Notes: generated by a model not told the origin, from the letters alone. Positions 8,349-16,878 are shown, counted from the stretch's first letter. The stretch is DNA of 32,000 nucleotides from Halomicronema hongdechloris C2206 (GCF_002075285.3 NZ_CP021983.2:4170001-4202000); one strand, 5' to 3'. A program made the numbers and translations.

Positions 8349-9605
8349 ATGTCCGCAGCATCACCAACCTCTCCCCCAACTCAGCCCCGATACGACCTAG
8401 TCGTATTCGGCGCAACCGGATTTGTTGGCACCCTGCTATGTCAGTACTTGGTGCATCATCTTGGCCCAGCAGAATCCCTGGCATGGGCAATTGCAGGGCG
8501 GTCTCAAGCCAAATTAGATGACCTTGCCACCCGCTTGGGCCCCAAGGCCAAACACTTACCTCGACTAGTCGCAAACATTACCGATGAGTCGACTCTGCGG
8601 GAATTATGCGCCCAAACCCGAGTCGTCATCTCCACCGTCGGTCCCTACGCCCTCTACGGTGAACCACTGGTTAAGGTATGCGCCGAGACCGGCACCGACT
8701 ACTGTGACTTAACCGGTGAAACCCAGTGGATTCGCCGCATGATTCAGACCTACGAGGACGTTACTCAACATTCCGGTGCCCGCATCGTCCACTGTTGTGG
8801 CTTCGACTCGATTCCCTCAGATCTGGGCGTCTACTATCTGCAACAGCAGTCCCGCCATCGCTGGGGGCACCCCTGCCAACGAGTCAAAATGCGGCTGAAG
8901 GCTGCCCGAGGTGGTGTTTCAGGTGGTACAGCAGCCAGTGGCATCAACCTAGTGAAAGACGTCGCTGCTGACCCAGCCCTGGCCCCCACCCTGGCCAACC
9001 CCTATGTCTTGTGTCCAGCCCAAGATCAACCCTGGGATCATCCACCGGTCCTAACGGCTGTTCACTACGATGGTGACTTTCAGGCATGGAGTACGCCCTT
9101 TATCATGGCCGCAGTCAATACCCCCATTGTGCTGCGCTCCAATGCCTTGCAGGGCTATGCCTATGGCCAAAGTTTTCACTATGACGAGGCAATTCTAACC
9201 GGGTCAGGGCCATTCGGCTGGCTCCTCGCTACTAGCCTTAAGGTGGGTCTAGATGGGTTGGCCCTGGTGTCGACCTGGTCTCCTGGCCGCTGGCTGCTAG
9301 AGCACACCGTCGTGCCTGCCCCTGGCCAAGGGCCTAGCGCAGAAGCTCAAGCCCAGGGATTTTATGATCTCCGCTTCTGGGGACAAACTGCCCAGGGCCA
9401 GACAATTCGCGTCAAAGTGGCAGGAGATCGCGACCCCGGCTACGGTTCAACTGCAAAGATTCTAGGCCAGGCCGGCATATGTCTGGCTCAAGATGTGCCA
9501 AAGTCTACCCAAGCAGGAGGATTTTGGACCCCGGCTTCCCTATTTGGTGACGCATTGATTGAGCGATTAATAAATTATGCTGGCCTCACCTTCGAGGTGC
9601 TTTAG
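8349..9605 (+). CDS. saccharopine dehydrogenase family NAD(P)-binding oxidoreductase
   Basis: 418 aa. It has an N-terminal Rossmann motif YDLVVFGATGFVGTLLCQYL and ...VVISTVGPYALYGEPLVKVCAETGTDYCDLTGE..., typical of this family. Confidence 0.8.
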   Translation: MSAASPTSPPTQPRYDLVVFGATGFVGTLLCQYLVHHLGPAESLAWAIAGRSQAKLDDLATRLGPKAKHLPRLVANITDESTLRELCAQTRVVISTVGPYALYGEPLVKVCAETGTDYCDLTGETQWIRRMIQTYEDVTQHSGARIVHCCGFDSIPSDLGVYYLQQQSRHRWGHPCQRVKMRLKAARGGVSGGTAASGINLVKDVAADPALAPTLANPYVLCPAQDQPWDHPPVLTAVHYDGDFQAWSTPFIMAAVNTPIVLRSNALQGYAYGQSFHYDEAILTGSGPFGWLLATSLKVGLDGLALVSTWSPGRWLLEHTVVPAPGQGPSAEAQAQGFYDLRFWGQTAQGQTIRVKVAGDRDPGYGSTAKILGQAGICLAQDVPKSTQAGGFWTPASLFGDALIERLINYAGLTFEVL

Positions 9606-9961
9606 GCTGTATTCCTCAGATCCTGCTTTACCTATAAGCATTGGTATGAGGACAAATCCTCCTCTATGGCAAAAGGCAGACATCAGAAGGCAGAAGCATG
9701 AATTGAATCCCTACTGCGCCGGGATCTCAGTCAGTCGAGCTGTCCTAATCAAACTGCGGATCGCTATAGTGCAAGCAGGGCGAGGAAAAATGTGCCAGAT
9801 TGTTGCCGCCGATTGCTCTCATCAGCCAGGACGATTGACGCCATCTGTTGAGCTGTTGCAGCGTAGATTCTCAACGCATGAAGAAAGCTCCAGCCGCATG
9901 ACTGGAGCCTCTGGTGCAGTAGATGATTGATCCCCCAAGGAGCCTGCACCAAGCTTGTCGG

Positions 9962-9992
9962 ACAAAATCACCCCTTAGCAACAACCAAGGGG
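9962..9992 (-). terminator. possible intrinsic terminator of the minus-strand repeat-protein gene
   Basis: On the minus strand, CCCCTT-10 nt loop-AAGGGG is followed by TGATTTTGT. It lies about 60 nt after the stop at 10052. Confidence 0.4.
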
Positions 9993-10051
9993 CGACTGCA
10001 CAACTGAGGACTCAATCCACTCGTGGCGGTCATGATCTGAGTAAAAGCCAA

Positions 10052-10495
10052 CTATTCAACCGTAGCGACAGCGTCTTTTCCTAAGTTTTCCCGCCGCAGT
10101 TGGTCAAAGTCGACGGCATCTTTATCTAGGTTTTCCCGCCGTAGCTCATCGAAATCCACGGCCTTAACCCCTACCTGGTAGCCACGACGTTGCTCGGGGT
10201 TAGCCGCTGCGTCCTGGTCTAGATTTTCCTGCCGTAATTCGTCGAAGTCGACTCCTTTTAGGACAAGGGACTCATGGCTGATGGCATCCTTGTCTAGATT
10301 TTCCTACCGGAGCTGATCAAAATCCACCTTACTGGATTTGTCTAGGTTCTGTCGCCGAATCTCATCGAGAGTGGTGGCGTCTTTATCAAGGTTATCTCGC
10401 CGCAGTTGGTCGAAATCAGGTGCGGCAAAAGCCACTGGAGAGAAGACCAGGGAGGCGATGGTTGTTGTAAAGATAGGAAGGGCGAGGCGCTTCAT
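10052..10495 (-). pseudogene. secreted DFDxLRRxNLDKD-repeat protein interrupted by an in-frame TAG
   Basis: An AAGGAG RBS lies 8 nt upstream of the ATG at 10495. The signal peptide is MKRLALPIFTTTIASLVFSPVAFA. There are six copies of a 13-aa motif. A TAG at 10304-10306 falls at the motif position that is R or Q in the other copies. The same frame stays open and keeps the repeat down to the TAG at 10052-10054. Confidence 0.7.
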
Positions 10496-10751
10496 AGTTC
10501 GGCTCCTTAAGGCACTCAACGAATCAATCAATCATCTTGATTCCTATAGTGCCGGGAATATCTGAAGCCCTTCTGACTCGCCCCTAAGCAGGAGTTAAGG
10601 GATTCCTGAGAAAACTGAAAAGCAACGGTGAGCCAGCTAAATCACCAGTGAATATTGGAGACAGGAAAAATAAACTTCCCGACCACTTGTAAATTATAAA
10701 TTTAGGCTTAGAATATCGGAAGCATACATTTTTGAGGTATTTACTAGCGTA

Positions 10752-11138
10752 ATGGCCAAGAGTGAATCACCCCTCACAGGTAAAGCATTACTGCAAAAGG
10801 TCAAAGAGTTAGGCCATCTTCCTAAACGAGAAACTGCTAAGGAGTGTGGCTACTACTCAACGACAAAGGATGGCAACATCCGAGTTAACCTCTCTGGCTT
10901 CTATGATGCTCTGCTAGAGGCGAAAGGAATTGTCCTTGATGCTGAGGGCAGCAAGGATGGCCGTGGCAGAGAGGCGTCTTATAGAGTTAAAGTCCATAAG
11001 AATGGTCAGATTGTGATTGGAGCAGCCTACACCCAGGAAATGGATCTGCGGCCAGGGGATGAGTTCCAGGTCAAGCTAGGGTACAAGCATATCCACTTAG
11101 CACGCCTGGATGACGACGACGATACTGAAGCAGCGTAG
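10752..11138 (+). CDS. cyanobacterial AbrB-like (cyAbrB) transcriptional regulator, copy 2
   Basis: 128 aa, identical to copy 1 at 118 of 128 residues. The leader motif CAT(T/A)(C/T)(A/T)TTTTGAGGTAT-like is shared just upstream of both ATGs. Confidence 0.85.
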   Translation: MAKSESPLTGKALLQKVKELGHLPKRETAKECGYYSTTKDGNIRVNLSGFYDALLEAKGIVLDAEGSKDGRGREASYRVKVHKNGQIVIGAAYTQEMDLRPGDEFQVKLGYKHIHLARLDDDDDTEAA

Positions 11139-11164
11139 TTCCCAGTCATTTAACTGCAGCAATC

Positions 11165-11192
11165 CCCCCGATTTAATATATCGGGGGTTTTT
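11165..11192 (+). terminator. intrinsic terminator after cyAbrB copy 2
   Basis: 8-bp stem CCCCCGAT/ATCGGGGG with a 7-nt loop, followed by TTTTT. Confidence 0.7.
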
Positions 11193-11220
11193 ATGTTGGC
11201 AGTGTCTGTACCACTGGATC

Positions 11221-11247
11221 AAAAAAAGGGGTGGGAAAATCCCACCC
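11221..11247 (-). terminator. terminator-like hairpin oriented for a minus-strand transcript
   Basis: On the + strand, AAAAAAA precedes GGGTGGG-AAAAT-CCCACCC. On the minus strand this reads as a stem-loop followed by a T7 run. No minus-strand ORF ends here. Confidence 0.4.
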
Positions 11248-11835
11248 ACAGTTCAGGAGTTTATGAGGAGATTGCAACTACAGCCAATCACCAACGCCGA
11301 GGGATTGAACCATCATGCCCCAATGGCATAGAAGCCTTGGGAAACACCATCCATTTGCCTGGATCAATCTATGGCTGGCAGTTGATATAGTTACATCTAT
11401 GAATAATTTCATCAGAAAACGAGCGTTCTGGCAACCCTCTGTAGCCAAAACCTCTACGTAGAGAACGACTGCAAATTATCCAGGTGACGGCTAGTGGGGA
11501 GGTCGCCAGGGGCGGAGGAGGTGACGGGGGCAGGGAGAGCCTGTCTCCTAGGTCTCTGTTCTATGCCCATGGGGCCCCGTGCCTAGCTCGATTGTCTAAT
11601 CCTGGGTATTAATGCTGTATGTGGACTACAAGCCAAGTTGATACCTGGGCAGACCATAGAAACTGGCTCCAGATGGCTTATCCCTGGTCGAGAAGAAAAC
11701 TAAAGATTTGTTGTCAAGCCTATCAAAAATTGAATATTTCCAGAGGCTGGGATACCTCGAAAACTTTCTGTAGCCTACAATGCCATCATTAATGTTGTGT
11801 ATTGCTCTGACTCTATGGTGTAGAGATTCGCCATG

Positions 11836-11873
11836 CTTGAGTTATCGGCCTTGAGTTAGAGACGCTTGAGTTA
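11836..11873 (+). promoter_or_regulatory. three direct CTTGAGTTA repeats spaced 14-15 bp (candidate regulator-binding iterons upstream of the CIS operon)
   Basis: Exact 9-mers at 11836-11844, 11850-11858 and 11865-11873. Related CTT(A)GAGTG words lie near 12238, 12268 and 12350. Confidence 0.25.
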
Positions 11874-12121
11874 GGGAAGGATCTCTTCGCTCTGAGGTAA
11901 GCCTGTCATCCCACTCAGGGTCTTGACGTGATTGAGTAAAGAGTGCTCGATCGCTAGGGGATAATTTAGGTGTTTTTCCTAGGCGCTGTGATGGCATTAT
12001 TCCCTGGGCAGTTGTCTCTCGGGCTAGGTTAGTCTGTGCATATATGAGCCTCTGGAATGAATCCCAATAGAAGTGAGTCTGCTAAGGATGGAGGCTTTTT
12101 GATTCTAGGCTAGTACGCTAA

Positions 12122-12197
12122 GGCAGAAGCAGGAGGCAGAAGGGCCATGCCCGCGCGTAGGGCAAAGCCCATGCGAAGCAGCAGGCAGAAAAGGCAA
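12122..12197. repeat. GGCAGAA heptamers flanking a short core related (in reverse orientation) to the 4957-5240 element
   Basis: GGCAGAA at 12122, 12136 and 12184. The core TAGGGCAAAGCC (12158-12169) is the reverse complement of the GGCTTTGCC block. Confidence 0.55.
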
Positions 12198-12447
12198 TCC
12201 TGAGACATTCAGTTTTTCCGCGCCAGTTGGCCCTCTACTTAGAGTGCTCTGATGCTCTAAGGATTGACTTAGAGTGGGGTCGATTGTGCTTGCTGTCATA
12301 GGGCCACAGGTCTTGAGATGCCCTTGGCAAGGGCTGGTTTTAGAAAGTGCGCTTGAGTGGTCGTCTACCTTTTGTTGAAACGTCATAATTATTCAATTTA
12401 AGCAATCTCTCAACACTTACTCACGGGACAATAAAGAAGGTATTGTC

Positions 12448-12885
12448 ATGGCTAATCTCAACCTAACGCTGAATGTTCGGGTTGTTGGAGGTCCTCAGGT
12501 TTCAGTTGCTCGCACTAAAGTCATTGAAGCCTACGACAAAATTGATGTTGTGCTCAATCCAGGGGATACCGATATCTCGGTTGAAATCCAACCTGGCGCA
12601 GCGACTCAGGTAGGGTTTTTGCTAATCAAGTCAAGTCTGTACAGTCAGGCAGACCCTGATCCAACCATCACGTATACCGTGAGTGATGGGGCGACGGATT
12701 TTCCGGCGGTGGGGGCAGGGCTAGAACTCGATGATCCCCACATTTACATCGGTGGTGCCCTGGCTGTCTTTGGGTTGGCCCCCAGAATTTTGCGGTTCAC
12801 CAATGCCTATGCGGCGGATCCGGCGAATCCTGCCATTAACCGAGCCATGATTGAAATTTTTGTGGGTCGTGATGCAACGCCCTAA
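12448..12885 (+). CDS. hypothetical protein, first gene of the contractile-injection-system operon
   Basis: 145-aa ORF with an AAGAAGG RBS 7 nt upstream. It is beta-rich and soluble-looking (MANLNLTLNVRVVGGPQVSVARTKVIEAYDKIDVV...). I recognise no family. Confidence 0.6.
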   Translation: MANLNLTLNVRVVGGPQVSVARTKVIEAYDKIDVVLNPGDTDISVEIQPGAATQVGFLLIKSSLYSQADPDPTITYTVSDGATDFPAVGAGLELDDPHIYIGGALAVFGLAPRILRFTNAYAADPANPAINRAMIEIFVGRDATP

Positions 12886-12939
12886 AGCTTCAGCATCTGT
12901 GAGCCCCTTGAATACCCCATTCTGTGAGAGGACTTGACT

Positions 12940-14580
12940 ATGCCCATTACTCCCACCTATCCCGGTGTTTATATTGAGGAGATTCCCAGTGGTGTGCGGA
13001 CCATTACGGGGGTAGCCACCTCGATTACGGCGTTTATTGGCCGCACCCGGCGTGGTCCGGTGGATGAGCCCATTACCCTCAACAGCTACAGCGACTTTGA
13101 ACGGGTGTTTGGCGGGCTATGGCTGCAGAGCACCGTTAGTTTTGCGATACGAGACTTTTACTTAAATGGGGGCTCTCAAGCCATCGTGGTGCGCCTCCAG
13201 GAAGGGGGAGCAACGGCTCAGTTGACGGTACCCAGGGCGACGGCCCCAAGCACCCTGGCACTAGTGGCGGCTAACGAAGGCGCCTGGGGCGATAATCTAC
13301 GGGGGCGAGTTGATCATGACGTTTCGGCGGACATGGCGACCCTATTGGGGGTGGCGGAGACTGACCTGTTCAACTTGACGGTGCTTGATGTACAAACCGG
13401 AGCCCTGGAAGAGTTTCGTAATCTGACGGTGGTGGATAGTCCGCGTCGGGTCGATCAGGTGCTGGCGGATCGCTCTAGTTTGGTGCGGGTGGCTAGTTTG
13501 CCGGTGCCTGCCACTCGACCCGATGCCAATGATGCCGACCTGTTGGCAGATGCTGGCAATCCAGACCCTGCGATCGCAACGCCTGCCCTAGAAGAGCTGC
13601 AGAAGCCGCCCTTTAGCAGCGACATTCGCTCCAATGGCGTGGCCCCAGGTGATGAGGGGGACGATGGCGCCCCCCTGTCAGAACCTAACTTCATCGGCCC
13701 CGGCAAAGCCACTGCCAAAGAGGGGCTCTACGCCCTGCTGAAGACGGATCTGTTTAACCTCCTCTGTCTACCCCCCTACTCACCGATTACAGACATTGAC
13801 TCTGGGTTAATCACGGCGGCGGCCAGCTTCTGTGAAGAACAGCGGGCCATGCTGATTCTAGATCCCCCGGCAGACTGGAGCAGCAAGGAAGACGCCAAGG
13901 CCGGCATTAACGCCGGGGTAGGCACCACCAGCCGCAATGCGGCGATTTTCTTCCCCCGGTTGCGGCAGCCCCATCCCCTGCGCAGTAACCAAGTAGACTC
14001 CTTTGTGCCCTGCGGTGCCATCGCCGGCATTTTCGCCCGCACCGATGCCCAGCGAGGCGTGTGGAAAGCCCCAGCCGGGTTGGAGGCCACCCTGAATGGG
14101 GTGCCTGATTTGAGTGTGAAGCTGACGGATGCCGAGAACGGTGAACTCAACCCCTTAGGGGTGAACTGTCTGCGGTCGTTCCCGGGGGTGGGGCGAGTGG
14201 TGTGGGGATCGCGCACCCTGCAGGGGGCCGATCGGCTGGCCTCCGAGTGGAAATATATTCCGGTGCGTCGCCTGACCTTGTTCCTAGAAGAGAGCCTCTA
14301 TCGCGGCACCCAGTGGGTGGTGTTTGAGCCCAATGATGAGCCGCTGTGGGCGCAGATTCGCCTGAATGTGGGGGCCTTTATGAATAATTTGTTCCGGCAG
14401 GGGGCGTTTCAGGGAACCACGCCCAGGGAGGCTTACTTCGTCAAATGTGATAGCGAAACCACGACCCAAAACGATATTGATCGCGGCATCGTCAATATCA
14501 TCGTGGGATTTGCCCCCTTGAAACCGGCCGAGTTCGTGATTATCAAGTTCCAGCAAATTGCCGGCGAGATTGCCACCTAA
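12940..14580 (+). CDS. contractile tail sheath protein
   Basis: The ATG at 12940 follows GAGAGGA. The N-terminus PTYPGVYIEEIPSGVRTITGVATSITAFIGRTRRGP and the C-terminus VNCLRSFPGVGRVVWGSRTL...WKYIPVRRL...FEPND..LW...AEFVII are hallmark sheath motifs. 546 aa, intact. Confidence 0.92.
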   Translation: MPITPTYPGVYIEEIPSGVRTITGVATSITAFIGRTRRGPVDEPITLNSYSDFERVFGGLWLQSTVSFAIRDFYLNGGSQAIVVRLQEGGATAQLTVPRATAPSTLALVAANEGAWGDNLRGRVDHDVSADMATLLGVAETDLFNLTVLDVQTGALEEFRNLTVVDSPRRVDQVLADRSSLVRVASLPVPATRPDANDADLLADAGNPDPAIATPALEELQKPPFSSDIRSNGVAPGDEGDDGAPLSEPNFIGPGKATAKEGLYALLKTDLFNLLCLPPYSPITDIDSGLITAAASFCEEQRAMLILDPPADWSSKEDAKAGINAGVGTTSRNAAIFFPRLRQPHPLRSNQVDSFVPCGAIAGIFARTDAQRGVWKAPAGLEATLNGVPDLSVKLTDAENGELNPLGVNCLRSFPGVGRVVWGSRTLQGADRLASEWKYIPVRRLTLFLEESLYRGTQWVVFEPNDEPLWAQIRLNVGAFMNNLFRQGAFQGTTPREAYFVKCDSETTTQNDIDRGIVNIIVGFAPLKPAEFVIIKFQQIAGEIAT

Positions 14581-14593
14581 GGGAGACGGTGAA

Positions 14594-15121
14594 ATGGCTC
14601 AATTTAGCGTCAACGCGCAACGGTTTGACCCCTACAAGAATTTCAAATTTCGGGTCAAGTGGGATGGTCGCTATGTGGCGGGCATTAGCAAAGTCGGTGC
14701 CCTCAAACGCACCACCGAGGTGGTAGAGCATCGGGAAGGGGGCGACCCCAGCACCTCGCGCTATTCCCCCGGTCGCTCCAAGTTTGAGCCGATCATGTTG
14801 GAGCGGGGGGTGACCCACGACAGCGAGTTTGAGCAGTGGGCCAATAAGGTCTGGAATTATGGATCGGGGTTAGGGGCCGAAGTCTCGCTGCAGGACTTTC
14901 GCAAAGACATCATTCTCGAGGTGATGAATGAAGCGGGACAGGTGGCCATTGCCTACCGCGTCTACCGGTGTTGGGTGTCCGAGTTTACCGCTATGCCGGA
15001 ACTCGATGCCAACGCCAATGCCATTGCCATTCAAAGCATTCAATTGCAAAACGAAGGATGGGAGCGGGATTACGATGTCACAGAACCTACGGAGCCCAGC
15101 TTCAGCGAGCCCGAAGCTTAG
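14594..15121 (+). CDS. contractile tail tube protein (T4 gp19-like, TIGR02241-type)
   Basis: MAQFSVNAQRFDPYKNFKFRVKWDGRYVAGISKVGALKRTTEVVEHREGGD...KFEPIMLERGVTHD..FEQWA is the typical tube family pattern. 175 aa, intact. Confidence 0.9.
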   Translation: MAQFSVNAQRFDPYKNFKFRVKWDGRYVAGISKVGALKRTTEVVEHREGGDPSTSRYSPGRSKFEPIMLERGVTHDSEFEQWANKVWNYGSGLGAEVSLQDFRKDIILEVMNEAGQVAIAYRVYRCWVSEFTAMPELDANANAIAIQSIQLQNEGWERDYDVTEPTEPSFSEPEA

Positions 15122-15941
15122 GCCATCGTCGGGATTTCCAGCGGTTTCTGAACGACTACTGGAGGCGTTTGGCCTGCAACCGCCGTTGGGATTACGGCCC
15201 TATGGCCTAGCGGTTGAGGACCTCGACATCGAGTTTAGTCAACCGCTGCGGCCCCAATTAGAGATCGACGTATTGGCAGCCTGCACCCGAGACGCTCAGG
15301 GCAGCGATATAGATCCAGAGTTTTTCTGGCATTTGGGGGTGAGCCAACGCACGGCGGCCTTACTGAAGCTGGTGGCGCTGGAGGTGGGGCCAACCTTGAC
15401 CATGACCGTGACCTGCCCCCAGGAGTCTTGTCAGCAGACGATGGAGGTTGCGATCGCATTGGCGGCCCTAGAGCAGCTCCAGGCCAATGCCAGCCAAGAC
15501 ATGACCACCGTCTCCCTGGGCCAACAGCAGTTGCGGCTACGGCGACCCACTGGCCAAGACCAGTTGGCCTGGCTCACCCAGGCCAGCCAGGGGCAGCCCC
15601 CGGCACCAGAAACCATGGTGTACGCCCTACTAGTCGACCCGCCGGCCGAGACAGAGTTGCCCCCGGCCTGGCCTGATCTCGATCAAGCCCTAGACCAATT
15701 GGATCCCCTGGTGAATTTTAGTTTGGCGGTCACCTGCCCCCACTGTGGCCAGTCGGCCCAACCGGCTATCGATCTGGGAGCCTGGGCCTTGCAAGCCCTG
15801 CAGCGAGTGCAGCAGCGGTTAATCGAAACGGTGCATCACCTGGCCTGCCACTACCACTGGAGCGAGGCTACTATTCTGGCCCTACCAGCCTGGCGCCGCC
15901 ATCGCTACCTGACCCTGATCGATCGGGAGCCTGTCTACTGA
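15075..15941 (+). CDS. CIS-associated hypothetical protein with two Cys pairs (zinc-ribbon-like)
   Basis: The frame is open from within the tube gene. The only ATG is at 15075, giving a 47-nt overlap with the tube gene. It contains TCPQESCQQ and TCPHCGQ pairs, then a C-terminal ...HHLACHYHWSEATILALPAWRRHRYLTLI. Its stop overlaps the next ATG (TGATG). Confidence 0.6.
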   Translation: MSQNLRSPASASPKLRPSSGFPAVSERLLEAFGLQPPLGLRPYGLAVEDLDIEFSQPLRPQLEIDVLAACTRDAQGSDIDPEFFWHLGVSQRTAALLKLVALEVGPTLTMTVTCPQESCQQTMEVAIALAALEQLQANASQDMTTVSLGQQQLRLRRPTGQDQLAWLTQASQGQPPAPETMVYALLVDPPAETELPPAWPDLDQALDQLDPLVNFSLAVTCPHCGQSAQPAIDLGAWALQALQRVQQRLIETVHHLACHYHWSEATILALPAWRRHRYLTLIDREPVY

Positions 15942-16870
15942 TGAGTTACTTGAGGCCGGCCTACGCCAGCAAACCGGATTGATCCCTGGGGCAGCTTCCC
16001 CGGCCCTGGCCATGTCCTGGGGCCAGTCCCCCCAGCCCCCGCCGACTGAGCTGCCCCTGAGCGAGGCACGTACCACCCCATTTCCGGCAGCCCAGAGCCC
16101 ATCTGTAGACCAGACTATAGACGAGACCGTGTCTCCCGAGACTCTAACGCCACGGCCAGTGGCCCCACCGCCGGCACCACTGCCCCCAGCCAGCCAGCCT
16201 GTGCAACCACCCCTGCCAGACATCACCAACTCTGAGACGGCCCAGCCGCCTAGACCGGCTCGAGCCGGAAGCATCCCCGCCTTTGTCAGTCCCAGGCCCG
16301 AGCCCATTGGCGTCTAGGAAAACCGATAGTCCCAAACAGCCCTCAGCTGACGGCGTGGATGCCTTGCCGTCCAGCTCGCCCCAGCCCCCACCCCCTGAGG
16401 CACCCCAGCACCAGTCCCACTGCCGCGGGCATCCATCGAGCCATCTGAAGGCTGAGGCGACGGCGCCGACAGCGGTATCCCCGCCAGCCGATCCGCCGCC
16501 GTCATCCCCCGATTGGCCAATCTTTCAGACGGTACGGGCCTGGGTGGCAGCCTCACCGGAGCAGAGGGCTGTTGCCGGAGAAGACACCCCAGTCCACCAA
16601 GTCGTCCCGGCAACAGCCGCTAATTCTCCGCCACCGGCTGCGGTTACCGCGGATGACTCCCCGGAACCATGGCTTCTAGGGCAGGACGCCACCCGCCTGC
16701 AGCCATCTGCTTCTGCCGTTGCCGAACCGACTACCGTGATCTCGATTGGGTCGATTCAGGTCATGGTAGAGGGGCCGTCGCCGCCACCGGTGCCCTCGCC
16801 CCCACCGCCGCGCCCATCAGGGACCCCGTCGCCTGTCCGCCTCAGTCGCCATTATCTGCGTCTCCGCTAG
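15941..16870 (+). pseudogene. proline-rich protein, candidate tail-length tape measure; frame-disrupted as given
   Basis: After the ATG at 15941 the sensible reading (M)ELLEAGLRQQTGLIPGAASPALA... is in the -1 frame, with one G apparently missing at 15943. There is a second frame switch near 16283-16317. The C-terminus is ...TVISIGSIQVMVEGPSPPP...VRLSRHYLRLR*. Confidence 0.45.
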
Positions 16871-16878
16871 AGAATTCT

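Noticed and set aside
9577-9952. 117-aa + strand and 62-aa minus-strand ORFs between the reductase gene and the repeat-protein gene
   Set aside because: They overlap each other and the end of the reductase gene, lack an RBS, and have no recognisable motifs. The region is more likely a convergent terminator zone.
12105-12386. 93-aa minus-strand ORF in the CIS leader
   Set aside because: It spans the GGCAGAA repeat element, has no RBS, and faces an operon start. It is treated as non-coding.
6691-12447. tRNA-Pro as the integration site of a genomic island carrying the CIS
   Set aside because: No integrase is present and I could find no direct repeat of the tRNA 3-prime end. The intervening genes (alkylation repair, reductase, cyAbrB) look chromosomal, and HIP1 sites occur throughout the CIS operon, which argues for long residence.
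13455-14556. Minus-strand ORFs of 87-146 aa inside the sheath gene, and similar ones at 28662-29156 and 30418-31889
   Set aside because: These are shadow ORFs in GC-rich coding DNA. The + strand products match known tail families across the same coordinates.
15941-16317. Programmed ribosomal frameshift (as in phage tail chaperones G/GT) to explain the frame change in the Pro-rich gene
   Set aside because: There is no slippery heptamer at the junction. The same kind of frame change recurs about 60 times across neighbouring genes, so a programmed event is not a sensible explanation.
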